This document shows positions 11,015 through 20,903 of a stretch of DNA of 64,000 nucleotides, piece by piece (position 1 is the first letter of the stretch; the number at the start of each line of letters is the position of its first letter). This stretch comes from Bradymonadia bacterium (GTDB taxonomy: Bacteria; Myxococcota_A; Bradymonadia; UBA7976; UBA1532). The translations under genes and the position numbers were made by a program. The notes beneath the pieces are model-generated. The model searched no databases. It had not been told where the DNA came from and worked only from the letters and a program-made list of their open reading frames with translations. The DNA is taken from positions 108,480 through 172,479 of the forward strand of contig JBKAGE010000071.1 of assembly GCA_046290225.1 (NCBI GenBank), given 5' to 3'.

Positions 11015-12874
11015 ATGACCGAGCTGATGATCTCCACGAGGGGCCCTGCCCGAGACGCCCTCACCCGTCACGTACCCACAGAGGCCGCGCTCCGCGCCCG
11101 CTTGCAGCGGTCCTGGTACGCCCTCTTTGCCCACCGAACACCTTTGAGCGCCATCGAGCGACACGCCATCGGCCCCCTGCTCGACCAGCGGGAGTGTCTG
11201 CTCGTTGCCGCTGGGGGCAATGGCCGCCTCGAGGCCCTCGTCGCCGGGGCCTTCGAGCAGATCCCCCGAGCACTGCCCGGGGGGCCTCTGGCGCTGCTCA
11301 TCTGCCCTGACAAGCCCACCATGCGATCAGCGGCTCGACGCCTCACCGAGCCGGCCCGACGCATCGAGCTGCAGGTAGGCGTCTGGTCGGGACTGCAGGC
11401 CGAGCCGCCGAAGAAGAAGCACGTGCTCGTCACCACGCTGCGCAGCCTCGACGCTCTGCTGACCCGACACCCGGCCACGCTCAAGCATTTGCAGTGGGCT
11501 CTGGTGGATCGGTTGAACCAGTTCGAGGGTCACGCCCGGGCCGATCAGCTCTCGGCGGTGCTCTACCGGCTGCGTAAAATCGCCGAGGCCGGTGGCGGTC
11601 ATCTCACGGTGGCCATGGCCTCGGGATCCATCGCTGATCCTCAAGGGGCAGCCCGACGCCACCTCGTCGACGGCCAGGTGATTCAGGTGCCACCGAGCCG
11701 CCAGAGGGTGGATGTGCAGGCCACCCCCGCGCCGGATCTACGGACTGTGGTGAAGGCCCTCAAAGATGGTGGTGGTCGCACCATCGTATATGCCCCCTGT
11801 GCCCGTGAGTCAGAGCAGCTCGAGATGGCCCTCAAGGGCAAACCGCCCTTTGGCGATGCAGTCTATCTACGCCATGGGGGCACGGACGAGCGGGATGCAG
11901 CCAAAGCCCTGAGATCGTTCACCGCCCGGCAGACCTCGGTCTTGATCACCACATTGCCCGTGGAAGACGACGTCGCTGAGAAGCTCGACCGGGTGGTGCA
12001 GTGGGGACCGCCTCCGGACGTGGCCACCCTCATGGCCCGCATCGGCCCCAAGGGCAGAGGCCCCGAAGACGACGATTTGCCCGTGATGTTGTTGCCACGA
12101 TCGCTCTCCGAGGCGGTGCGCATGGCGTTTCTCGTCGAGCGGGCCTCCATGGACGACTGGTGCGTCGATCCCTCGGGCTATCACCCCGGCACCATGCTGC
12201 AGCAGGCCTGCTCACTGGTGTTCCAGAACCCGCGGCGGCGGCTGACGGCCAAGGCGCTCAAGAGCCGCCTGCCGCCCTGGCAATCTGCCTGGTGGACCGA
12301 GGCAGACATCGAGTCGGTCCTTCGCCGAGGGCATCGGTGGTTCAAAGTGGATGGCGCAGGCGGATTCCTGCCCACTGATCGCTTGCTGGGCAGATTCGAG
12401 GCGGGCCGCATTCACGGCATCGCTACCCGCCCTGTGGCTACGCGGCAGAGCATGGCCGACGCTCAAGCCTATCTACGGTTCCTCGGCGTACCGCCTGGGG
12501 TCGGGGTGCTGATGCCCGGCCGCTGGGTGCACGGCCTGGGCACTGTGTACGGTCGCATCATCGCTCGGGCGCTGAGCGATCTCGGTGAGCAACGGGTCGA
12601 CGGTCACGGTGGGATGGAGGTGCGGGCCTACGGGCGACCGCCGCCGCTCGACGTGCCCCGCATTCGCGGCGTGATCCGCCGTGAGGCGGACTGGCTCACC
12701 AAGATGACGGGTCAGGGGGTGGAGTTTTCATGGCTGCCTCCGGCGATGAAGGCTCGAGCGCTGGTGGAGACTGTCTCACCGGAGGCTGTGGCTGAGGCCT
12801 GGGCGCGGTTGGAGTGGAGGAGCCCTGATGAGAAGCTGGGGCAGAGGGTGAATGTGGCGCTGACTTGTCTCTGA
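11015..12874 (+). CDS. Lhr-like SF2 helicase homologue with degenerate catalytic motifs
   Basis: Helicase motifs are colinear but altered: AAGGNGRLEA (I), TTLRSLDALL (Ib), VDRLN (II), MARIGP (VI). Confidence 0.75.
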   Translation: MTELMISTRGPARDALTRHVPTEAALRARLQRSWYALFAHRTPLSAIERHAIGPLLDQRECLLVAAGGNGRLEALVAGAFEQIPRALPGGPLALLICPDKPTMRSAARRLTEPARRIELQVGVWSGLQAEPPKKKHVLVTTLRSLDALLTRHPATLKHLQWALVDRLNQFEGHARADQLSAVLYRLRKIAEAGGGHLTVAMASGSIADPQGAARRHLVDGQVIQVPPSRQRVDVQATPAPDLRTVVKALKDGGGRTIVYAPCARESEQLEMALKGKPPFGDAVYLRHGGTDERDAAKALRSFTARQTSVLITTLPVEDDVAEKLDRVVQWGPPPDVATLMARIGPKGRGPEDDDLPVMLLPRSLSEAVRMAFLVERASMDDWCVDPSGYHPGTMLQQACSLVFQNPRRRLTAKALKSRLPPWQSAWWTEADIESVLRRGHRWFKVDGAGGFLPTDRLLGRFEAGRIHGIATRPVATRQSMADAQAYLRFLGVPPGVGVLMPGRWVHGLGTVYGRIIARALSDLGEQRVDGHGGMEVRAYGRPPPLDVPRIRGVIRREADWLTKMTGQGVEFSWLPPAMKARALVETVSPEAVAEAWARLEWRSPDEKLGQRVNVALTCL

Positions 12875-12928
12875 TGGTGAGTGTGTTTGAGTTGTTTTGA
12901 GCTCATCTCAGTGATAGCGACTCGCTGG

Positions 12929-13361
12929 CGCTCGCAGATCAGTTTTCGGGCACGGGCACGGGCACGGGCACGGGCACGAGTTTTACGGATGTGGGCAGTG
13001 CAGCCTGAGGCTGCATGTCTTGGAGCGAGTGGAGGGCGGCGCAGCCGGCCGGAGGGAGCGGAAAGACACCCGTAGGGCTGGCCACTGTTCAACCTGACTC
13101 GTGGTCCTTCCTGGGTTCAAGACACAGGCTGCAATTGAAGCTGAGATGATGTGTTTCTGCACAACCTGAGAGTTCAGGTCTTGGGGTGTATGGAGGCCAA
13201 AACCTCCAATGAGAGACCTATGGGGCTGAGTAAAGCCTCCGCCATCACAAACCCACGAGCGGAGTCATGCAGGGCCACAGGTCCAGGTATGTATCAACTC
13301 GTGCCCGTGCCCGTGCCCGTGCCCGTGCCCGTGCCCGTGCCCGAAAACTGATCTGCGAGCG
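12929..13361. repeat. Inverted-repeat element with (CGGGCA)n microsatellite arms
   Basis: Left arm 12929-12982 is CGCTCGCAGATCAGTTTT(CGGGCA)5CGAGTT. Right arm 13296-13361 is its reverse complement with 7 units. Confidence 0.92.
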
Positions 13362-13404
13362 ACGCGAGCCCACCACCTGCATCACACTCACAGCGATTCG
13401 AGAT

Positions 13405-15426
13405 CTATTCCTGAATCAACTCGATGTTCGCCGGCGGCGTGGACCCCGCAGAGGGCGCTCGCCGAGTGCCCGTCGGAACATCATCGATGTCGAGCAGATC
13501 GATGTCGGGGTTCTTGGGTGGCTTTTTGCCCGAAGGCTTGCTCTGCGAAGAGGCAGATGGTCGGTTGTTGACCCCGAAGGTCCGTCCAGAAGGCTCGTCG
13601 AGCAGCTGCACATTGACAGCCTGGGCACCCGAAGGCGCGCTTTTGCCCTGTGTCGATGGCTCCACTGCACCCACCGCCGTTGTGGGCTTTGACGGTGTGA
13701 CTTCGGGTGGATCTGCCTTGGGCGGATCTGCGGTGGGGGCGGCCAAGGCAGGCGAGACCGTCTCTTTGGGCAGCGACGTACGACGGCGGGGGCGTTTACG
13801 GCTGCGCACAGAACCGCGGTTGGCCTTGGGCACAGGGGGCTCGGCTGCTGCGGTCTTCGGTGTGTCCTTGGTGGTCGCACCGGTGGCTGGGCTCGTCGGC
13901 TCCAGGGTGATGCGCTTCGACTCGACCTCTTGATCTCGGGTCAGCGTCAGCGGGACGACCTCGGTGACGTGGCCGTCGAGGGTGAGCTTGATGTTGTGCA
14001 CGCCCACGGGGAGCTTGACGTTGATGGGGGTCTCGCCGAGGGGGGTGCCATCGTGGCTCACCTGGGCGCCGCTCGGCGTGCTCTGCAACTTCACGGTGAC
14101 ATAGGCCACCTCTGGCGCAGGGGCGTCGGGGATCTGCGCGCCCACGCGATGAACGACTGTGCCGGCGTCAGGCTGGAGCAACGCACCGAGGGCTGCGCCC
14201 TCACCAGCAAGTGGCTTCGAGGTGGGGCCTGCGAGCTCTTCTGCGCCTCGGGGCAGCTTCATCCAGATGACCAGCACGCCGAGCACGCACAGCGCCGCCA
14301 GAAGACCCCAAAGTAGACCTCGACGGCTCTCCCGAGGTGCAGGGAGCGCGTCCACCGTCTCGCCGGTGGCCTGCCACGGTGGGGCTGCAGGTGCCGGTGT
14401 GCCGCGCCACGAGGAAGACGAGTCGGGCTCGTCACCGCTGAAGACCCCCAGCGTGCGTCGGACCACCCTCAAGGCGGCCCGCATCTCCCGAGCAGACTGA
14501 AAGCGGCTGTCCGGATCTTTCGAGAGCGACTTCATCACCAGCGCCTCGAGGGCGTCGGGGAGCTCGACGTCGGCCCGCACGTCGGCGAAGGCCGGCGGCT
14601 TCTCGGTGAGGTGCATGCGGAACAGATCGTGGTGCGACTTGCCTTCGAACGGCAGGCGGCCCGTGAGCATGCGATAGAAGACCACGCCGAGGGCATAGAG
14701 ATCAGTTCGGGCGTCCACCTTGCCCAAGGCCACCTGCTCCGGGGCCATGTAATGCGGTGTACCGCAGACCTGGCGCTCCTGCGTGACCTCGTTGGCGTAG
14801 TCCACCGTGGGGGCGGGCTCTTCAGAGCCGTCTTCCGGGTTCTCGACGATGTATTTGGCGATGCCGAAGTCGAGGACCTTCACATAGTCCTCGTCTTCGT
14901 TGCGGTGCACGAGGAACAGGTTGCCTGGCTTGAGATCGCGATGCACCACCCGCTGCTTGTGGGCCGACTCGAGGGCCTTGAGCACCTGCTCGGTGATGTG
15001 GATCGCCCGGGGCAGGGGCAGCGCCCCGGACTGCTTGAGCACGCGATGCAGTGAGTACCCCTCGAGCATCTCCATGACCAGGAACAGCTGCCCTTCGGGG
15101 GTCTGACCATAGTCGTGCACGATGGTGGCGTGCGGGTGGCTGATGTTCGAAGCGATCCGGGCGCCACGGGCGAAGCGCCCCGCCGCCGCTGGATCAGCAG
15201 GGGGGAGCACTTTGATCGCCACCACCCGCTCTGTGGAACGCTGCCACGCCCGCCAGACCGAGCTGTTCATGCCACCGACGCCGATGAGCTCCTTGAGGAT
15301 GTATCGATCAGCGAGGGTTTTGCCCGAGAGATCCTCCACCACCCGGCGTCCGTCCTGCGGGCAGCGTTCCACCGCCTCGGTGTACCGAGCGTGACATCGC
15401 GGACAAATCCAGGAGGTCTGAGTCAA
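13405..15426 (-). CDS. Membrane Ser/Thr protein kinase with N-terminal zinc ribbon and extracytoplasmic PEGA domain
   Basis: CPRC..CPQDG, VAIK, HRDLKPGN, DFG, GTPHYMAPEQ, one TM helix, PEGA-like STPSGAQV...LGETP. TTG start. Confidence 0.93.
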   Translation of the reverse strand: MTQTSWICPRCHARYTEAVERCPQDGRRVVEDLSGKTLADRYILKELIGVGGMNSSVWRAWQRSTERVVAIKVLPPADPAAAGRFARGARIASNISHPHATIVHDYGQTPEGQLFLVMEMLEGYSLHRVLKQSGALPLPRAIHITEQVLKALESAHKQRVVHRDLKPGNLFLVHRNEDEDYVKVLDFGIAKYIVENPEDGSEEPAPTVDYANEVTQERQVCGTPHYMAPEQVALGKVDARTDLYALGVVFYRMLTGRLPFEGKSHHDLFRMHLTEKPPAFADVRADVELPDALEALVMKSLSKDPDSRFQSAREMRAALRVVRRTLGVFSGDEPDSSSSWRGTPAPAAPPWQATGETVDALPAPRESRRGLLWGLLAALCVLGVLVIWMKLPRGAEELAGPTSKPLAGEGAALGALLQPDAGTVVHRVGAQIPDAPAPEVAYVTVKLQSTPSGAQVSHDGTPLGETPINVKLPVGVHNIKLTLDGHVTEVVPLTLTRDQEVESKRITLEPTSPATGATTKDTPKTAAAEPPVPKANRGSVRSRKRPRRRTSLPKETVSPALAAPTADPPKADPPEVTPSKPTTAVGAVEPSTQGKSAPSGAQAVNVQLLDEPSGRTFGVNNRPSASSQSKPSGKKPPKNPDIDLLDIDDVPTGTRRAPSAGSTPPANIELIQE

Positions 15427-15514
15427 AGCAGCTGTGCCTCAGCGGAGAAAGTGGAGATCTATAGTGCCGATTTTCGGCGCGATGGGCAATCGGCCACCCC
15501 CTGAAACGGGCCAG

Positions 15515-16507
15515 TCAGCGATCGTCGATCCGCGCGATTTGCTCTCTGAGATCCTGAATTTCCCGCTGCCAGTACTGCAGGGTGCCGAAGTGGTTGAAGG
15601 TCTTCTTGAAGATCGGATCCGACCACCGTCGGGCGATCCACGTGGAATAGTGCACGAAGCGCAGGGCCCGCAGCGGCTCGACGAGGGTGAGCCAGTGCTC
15701 GTTGAAGGGCCGCATCTCCTGGTAGGCCCCCACGAGATGATCGCGCTCTCGGGCGCCGTGGGCGTCGGCGCTCGCCGCCATCATCCAGATGTCCTGCACC
15801 GCGGGGCCCACACGGGCGTCGTCGAAGTCGAGGAACAAAGGCCCGTCGGGGGTCCAGAGCAGGTTGCTCAAGTGACAGTCACCGTGGATCCGGTGCACGG
15901 GGATCTCGTTGAACCGCCAGCGGATACGATCGAGCAGGGCCTTCACCGTGGCCACATAGTTGGCTCGGGCGTCGGGGTGAATGTGATCACCGCTCTCGAG
16001 GATGGCGAGGTTCTCGTCGCCATAGGTCTCCACAGTGAGCGGAGGTCGGTGATGCATGGTGGACCGGGCGCCCACGTTGTGGATCCGGGCGATGAGGCGA
16101 CCCAAGATGCCGTACTGCTCGATGGTGGGCTCTTCGGGCGAGCGGCCGCCGACGCGGGGGAAGAGGGTGTAATAGATGCCCTCGACTTCGCCCACCGTGC
16201 TGCCGCCTTCGAGGGGGAGCGGGGCCGCCACGGGGATCTCTTCGGCCTGCAGCTCTTGCAGGAACTGGTGCTCTTCGAGGAGGGCCTCTCGGGACCAGCG
16301 CCCTGGCCGATAGAACTTGCCCACCACCCACGAGTCGTCTTCGAGCTGCAGCTGGTAGACCCGGTTCTCATAGCTGTTGAGGATGAGGAACCGCCCGGTG
16401 CAGCGGTGCCCGCCGGCCTCGACGGCGTCGAGCACGCTCTCGGGGGTCAGCCGGTTGAAGCGCTCGCTGAGCGGGTGGAGGTCGAGGGGGTTTTCAGTGT
16501 CAGACAT
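15515..16507 (-). CDS. srkA: Stress response kinase SrkA/RdoA (YihE family)
   Basis: LNSYENRVY, KFYRPGRWS, IHGDCHLSN, DFDD, GPAVQDIW, WIARRWSDP. Confidence 0.93.
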   Translation of the reverse strand: MSDTENPLDLHPLSERFNRLTPESVLDAVEAGGHRCTGRFLILNSYENRVYQLQLEDDSWVVGKFYRPGRWSREALLEEHQFLQELQAEEIPVAAPLPLEGGSTVGEVEGIYYTLFPRVGGRSPEEPTIEQYGILGRLIARIHNVGARSTMHHRPPLTVETYGDENLAILESGDHIHPDARANYVATVKALLDRIRWRFNEIPVHRIHGDCHLSNLLWTPDGPLFLDFDDARVGPAVQDIWMMAASADAHGARERDHLVGAYQEMRPFNEHWLTLVEPLRALRFVHYSTWIARRWSDPIFKKTFNHFGTLQYWQREIQDLREQIARIDDR

Positions 16508-16523
16508 GGTTGTCCTGAGGGTC

Positions 16524-17390
16524 TCAAAAGAGGGCGAGCATCTCATCGAACAGTGCCACACCGGTTTGGGTCCCTTCGACGGGGCTCACAGGTGCGCCTG
16601 GCCGATGGGCCTCGAACAGATCGCGCACCGCCGCGGGCATGGCGTCGACCTTGAGCAGCAGCTCGGTGAAATAGTCGGGCTCGATCTGGTGCAGGGCCTT
16701 GCCGATGTGTCGGCCGGCCCCCATCCGGAGGGTCTCGCCATCGACCCGATCGCGGTACACCCAATACATCCAGGCGTCCCACTCGGCGCGGATGGCGTCG
16801 GCATACTGCCGCTGCTGAGCCATGGCTGTGTCGAGATCGTCGGGGATGGCCCCTGCCTTGATCATGCGCATCAGCAGTCGCCCGGCGGCCACGGCGTCTG
16901 CCGTGGCGGAGTGTGCGTTGCGCAACTGCAGGCCATAGAAGCGACACAGGGCGTCGAGTCGGCGGCTGCGGTGGTGGCGATGGTGCCACCGTACAAAGAC
17001 CACCGGGTCGAGTAGGGTGTCGAGGTCTAGTTGCTGGTCGTGGCCCACTCGGGTGAGCTCGCGGTTGACGATGCGGGCATCGAAGTCGAGACCGTTGTAG
17101 GCCACCACGATGGGGGGCTCGCCGTCATCGCCCCCATCGACGTGGTGCATCAGCCTCGGCGCAGCTTCGGCAAAGGCGGGCGCTGAGCGGACATGCTCGT
17201 CGTAGATGTGGTGCACCTGAGAGGCGCCCTGGGGGATCGACTGTTCGGGGTTCACCAGCATACGGCGGGTGTCGACGGGCTCACCATGGCGAAACCACGC
17301 CGCCCCGAGTTCGATGATGCGATCGGTCTCCGGGTCGACGCCGGTGGTCTCGATGTCGAAGATGAAGAGCGGGCCGGTGGAGAGCAACAT
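16524..17390 (-). CDS. DEDDh 3'-5' exonuclease (DnaQ/PolIII epsilon-like)
   Basis: ExoI FDIETTG, ExoII AYNGLDFD, ExoIII AHSATAD. Confidence 0.9.
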   Translation of the reverse strand: MLLSTGPLFIFDIETTGVDPETDRIIELGAAWFRHGEPVDTRRMLVNPEQSIPQGASQVHHIYDEHVRSAPAFAEAAPRLMHHVDGGDDGEPPIVVAYNGLDFDARIVNRELTRVGHDQQLDLDTLLDPVVFVRWHHRHHRSRRLDALCRFYGLQLRNAHSATADAVAAGRLLMRMIKAGAIPDDLDTAMAQQRQYADAIRAEWDAWMYWVYRDRVDGETLRMGAGRHIGKALHQIEPDYFTELLLKVDAMPAAVRDLFEAHRPGAPVSPVEGTQTGVALFDEMLALF

Positions 17391-20300
17391 CTAGAACTTA
17401 CGACCTCGTCCGTGGGCTCGGGCCCGGTGGCGCGCCTTCAGCTCGGGCCGCAACAGCAGGCCACCGAGGCCCGCAGCGAGGGCTGCCCCGAGGAAGAAGC
17501 TGATGCCAGGGATGTACTCCGGCGCCGAGGTGGCGCCAAACCAGCCGAGATAGAGCGCGTCGATGCCGAAGGCGCTGAGGCCGCCGAGCCAGCCCCACCG
17601 GCGATCACCAAGCAGGCCGACACCGGCGACGAGGCCCAGAGCGCCCAGGGCGATCATGACATAGGCCCCGAGGCCAATGCCCAGGAGCAGCTGGCTGAGG
17701 CCGCCGATGCTGGCGACGCCGCCGATGACCCCTTGAATCGAAGGCGCCTTGGCCCGGTGGATCACCGTGGGCATGGGCACGTCATCGTAATCATCATCGA
17801 CATCGCCACCGTTCATGCTGAAGTCGGGGAGATCGTCTATGGGCGCAGGGGTCGCCGCCACCGGGGCGGGTGTCGGGGTTGCCACTGGGGCAGCCTGAGG
17901 CCGTGGCGTCGCCTGGCTGAGCCGTCGGGCGCCTGGCGTGGACAGAGGGGTCCATTGAGCCCGCGGCTGAGGGGTGGCCACCACAGGGGCAGGTGTGGGC
18001 GCAGGGGTCGGAGCGGGCATCGCCGTGGGCACCGTATCAGGCCCGGTGACCAGGGGGGCAGGGGTGGGCGTGGGCTCGAGGTTCACCGACATCTGAGCGG
18101 CAACCTCTTCTGCCTGAGCGGCGGCTTGAGCGGCTTGCTCTGCGCGGGCCAGCTGCTCTGCTGCCTCTCGAGCTGCTGCCTCGGCGGCTTCACGGGCCTC
18201 GGTCGCACGTGCCTCCACAGCCTGAAGTACCCGAACGCGCTCTTCTTCCTCCTCGTGGGCCCGTGCTTCTGCTGCGGCCCGGGCCTCGGCCCAGTCATCT
18301 TCGGCGGGCTTCTCCGCAGGGGCTGCCTGGGACACTGGTTGGGGGACTGGCGCAGCTTGAGGTGCTGGCGCTGCCTGAGGTGCTGAGGGCTCTGGGGTAG
18401 AGGGGGTTTCTGTCTGGCCGACATGAGGCGCAGGGGCATCCAAGCCCAGTGTCTCGTTGATCAAGTGGCGGTAGGTCTGGGCAAAAGTGGCCAGAAGCTC
18501 GCTCGCTTGTGGAGTGTCGGAGACTGCCTCGCCCTCGGTGAGCATCGACTCGTATTGAGCGTAGACCTCCATGGCCGAGAACATCTCGATGTGCCCGCGG
18601 ATGTAGCGCAAGGCTGCCAGGGCGAAGTGCTCTTCGATCTCCGGGAGGATGTCGTCTTCCTGAAGCCGAATGCGGGCCCGATGGCACAAGGCTTCCATGG
18701 CCGGCACCGAGGCCTCCGCTCGGAGATGAGCCAGGGCGCTCAAACCGAAGACCACCTCGGTCACCGCCTGAGGAACGGACTCGAGCTGGTCGAGGCGGCC
18801 TTGCACATAGCTCACCGCGGCATCCGAGAGCACCGGATCGCCCGCGAGGTGCTCCAGGGTGGCCAGCGTGGCGCCGGGATCTGGCTGCTCGGGCAGGCTC
18901 TGCAGCCATCGAGGGAAGTCAGCGCCCGGGTCGAGGCTCTGGGCAGTGGCTTCGCCGTCGACTGTGTGGGCTGCAACTGCTGCAACTTCGGCAGCCACCT
19001 GCTCTGCGGCGGGGATCTCTTCTGTTTGATCAGGTGGGGGCTGTTCGGCAGAGGGCTGCTCAGCCACGGGATCGCCTTGTACCACCACAGGGGCCGCAAC
19101 GGGGATGACCGAAGGGGCTGCGTTTTCCTCTGTGCTCTCCTCCGGGCTCTCCGGGCTGGTGGGGATGGTGGCTGCCTGAGGCTTGGGCGCTGCCACTGTG
19201 GCGTGGGCTTCGGTGTCCGGTCCCGAGATGGGTGTGTCCTGAGCCGGAGGGGCTGGCAGAGGCGCTTCAGCCAGATCAGCCTGAGGCTGGGCTGCTTCCG
19301 GTTGAGCAGCCTCAGGTTGGGCGCGCTCCTCAGAAGCAGCGTCTGTCGCCGCGGGGGGCTCTTGCTCGCGTGGCACCGCGTTGTCGGCGTTGGGTGTTTC
19401 GACGCTGTCAGGTGTCGCCTCTGCACGAGGTGCATCAGCCTGAGCTTGTTGCTCGCTCATCGTGGAGTGGCCGGCGTCTCCACTGCCGAGGCTGTCGTTG
19501 CCCTGAGGATCCGTACGAGGCTCCACGGGGGCTGCCGCAGGGCTCTTGGTGGTGAGCATCTCCGTGTCCCGGGAGCGGGGGGACTTACGGGGCTGAACCG
19601 CAGGTGTCATGGGGGAGATGAGCGTGGTGCGGCGCCGTGACTTCTGGCCCTTCTTCGGGCTCTGTGCCGAGACGCCGAAGTCGGCCCCTTCACCCGTGCG
19701 GGCCTGAGCGACGCGGCTCACTGCGGTGGCCCACGCGTAATTGCTCTGGGCTCGATCTGCGGTCTCTTTTTCGGGCAGGGCGTCGATCCGGGCCCCTTCA
19801 CCGAGCATGTGCAAGCTCATCACCGAGGCCCCCTCGGCGATGATGTGCAGATCGTGCAGTGACCGATCAGAGAGGTCGACGGCTCGGAGTACGCTGCGAT
19901 CACCATCGTTGGTGCAGAACAGCAAGCGCCCTTCGTCGAGATCGAAGCACAGCCCCTTGTGACTCTGGCGGGTGTCGCTCTCAGTGAGGGCCAGCGATGC
20001 CCCCGTCTCAACGTCTGCAAGCCATAGACGGCCGTCGGCAGAGAACGCCAGGAGCTCACCTTCTGGGGCCACACAGAACGACTCGATGCGCAGATGAGGC
20101 TGGCTCAGCTCGCCGAAGGCCTCCCCGGCGAGATCCGTCCATCGCAAGCGCTGGCGCCCCTGGCCTGGGGGCTCGCTCACGAAGAAGACCCGCTGGAGCG
20201 CTTCGCAGTAGATCGGGGCGATGTTCGGCGAGGCCTCGGCATCTTCGGTGATGGACCAGCTGCGCCGGGCGTGGATGCCACCGGTGAGGGGCTCGGCCCC

Positions 20301-20903
20301 CATCTCCGCGAGGGTCAGATCGAGGGCAGAGACCTCCCAGCCCCCCCGGGCTCGGGACTGCTGCAAGAAGATCACCTGCTGGCTGCCAGGCAGGAAAATG
20401 GGGTGGGCCATGCCCAGGCCCTTGGGGTTGCGGGTGCCGCCGATGGCCTCGTCGCGGATCGAGTTCCCCTTGAACTCGAGGCGGTAGGCGAAGACGTCGG
20501 GGTGGGGTGCGCCGTCATAGGCCCCGAGCAGGGTCATCTGATCACCGCTCTCGTTGAACTGAGCGCCCTCGAGGCGCCAGCGCGGATCGAGGGACTGACG
20601 CAGCCAGCCGATGCCGCCGCTCTCGAGGTTGAGCAGCCCGATGCGGGAGCGAAAGGCCCCCTTGAGGGCGTTGCGGGACACCGAGCGGATGGCCACGCGG
20701 GTGCCCTTGGGGTGAACCGTGGGGCTCAAGGGCACCGATTGCTCGGCGCTGTGGAGCACGCGGCGCTCCCCCGTCTCGAGGTGAATGGTCATCAGCCGTA
20801 CGCTGTGGCCGGAGACGGTCTCGACGGTTGCCCAGCTCAAAGGGTGCCTCCTGAGGGCTCGAAAGGGGGAGGGGTGAGCCCATAGCGGGCGATCAGACGC
20901 CAC
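17391..20903 (-). CDS. Large protein: TolB-like beta-propeller, Pro/Ala/Glu-rich linkers, helical domain, C-terminal TM bundle (start uncertain)
   Basis: Blade-like repeats (SPTVHPKGTRVA, FCVAPEGELLAFSADG), low-complexity linkers, about 4 hydrophobic helices at the C-terminus. Confidence 0.7.
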   Translation of the reverse strand: MASDRPLWAHPSPFRALRRHPLSWATVETVSGHSVRLMTIHLETGERRVLHSAEQSVPLSPTVHPKGTRVAIRSVSRNALKGAFRSRIGLLNLESGGIGWLRQSLDPRWRLEGAQFNESGDQMTLLGAYDGAPHPDVFAYRLEFKGNSIRDEAIGGTRNPKGLGMAHPIFLPGSQQVIFLQQSRARGGWEVSALDLTLAEMGAEPLTGGIHARRSWSITEDAEASPNIAPIYCEALQRVFFVSEPPGQGRQRLRWTDLAGEAFGELSQPHLRIESFCVAPEGELLAFSADGRLWLADVETGASLALTESDTRQSHKGLCFDLDEGRLLFCTNDGDRSVLRAVDLSDRSLHDLHIIAEGASVMSLHMLGEGARIDALPEKETADRAQSNYAWATAVSRVAQARTGEGADFGVSAQSPKKGQKSRRRTTLISPMTPAVQPRKSPRSRDTEMLTTKSPAAAPVEPRTDPQGNDSLGSGDAGHSTMSEQQAQADAPRAEATPDSVETPNADNAVPREQEPPAATDAASEERAQPEAAQPEAAQPQADLAEAPLPAPPAQDTPISGPDTEAHATVAAPKPQAATIPTSPESPEESTEENAAPSVIPVAAPVVVQGDPVAEQPSAEQPPPDQTEEIPAAEQVAAEVAAVAAHTVDGEATAQSLDPGADFPRWLQSLPEQPDPGATLATLEHLAGDPVLSDAAVSYVQGRLDQLESVPQAVTEVVFGLSALAHLRAEASVPAMEALCHRARIRLQEDDILPEIEEHFALAALRYIRGHIEMFSAMEVYAQYESMLTEGEAVSDTPQASELLATFAQTYRHLINETLGLDAPAPHVGQTETPSTPEPSAPQAAPAPQAAPVPQPVSQAAPAEKPAEDDWAEARAAAEARAHEEEEERVRVLQAVEARATEAREAAEAAAREAAEQLARAEQAAQAAAQAEEVAAQMSVNLEPTPTPAPLVTGPDTVPTAMPAPTPAPTPAPVVATPQPRAQWTPLSTPGARRLSQATPRPQAAPVATPTPAPVAATPAPIDDLPDFSMNGGDVDDDYDDVPMPTVIHRAKAPSIQGVIGGVASIGGLSQLLLGIGLGAYVMIALGALGLVAGVGLLGDRRWGWLGGLSAFGIDALYLGWFGATSAPEYIPGISFFLGAALAAGLGGLLLRPELKARHRARAHGRGRKF

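Noticed and set aside
12947..13343. Possible CRISPR array
   Set aside because: The hexamer tandem units have no spacers, the arms are inverted, and no cas genes are present.
12881..13692. Short ORFs with RARARA or VPVPVP runs
   Set aside because: These are translations of the (CGGGCA)n microsatellite, with no coding evidence.
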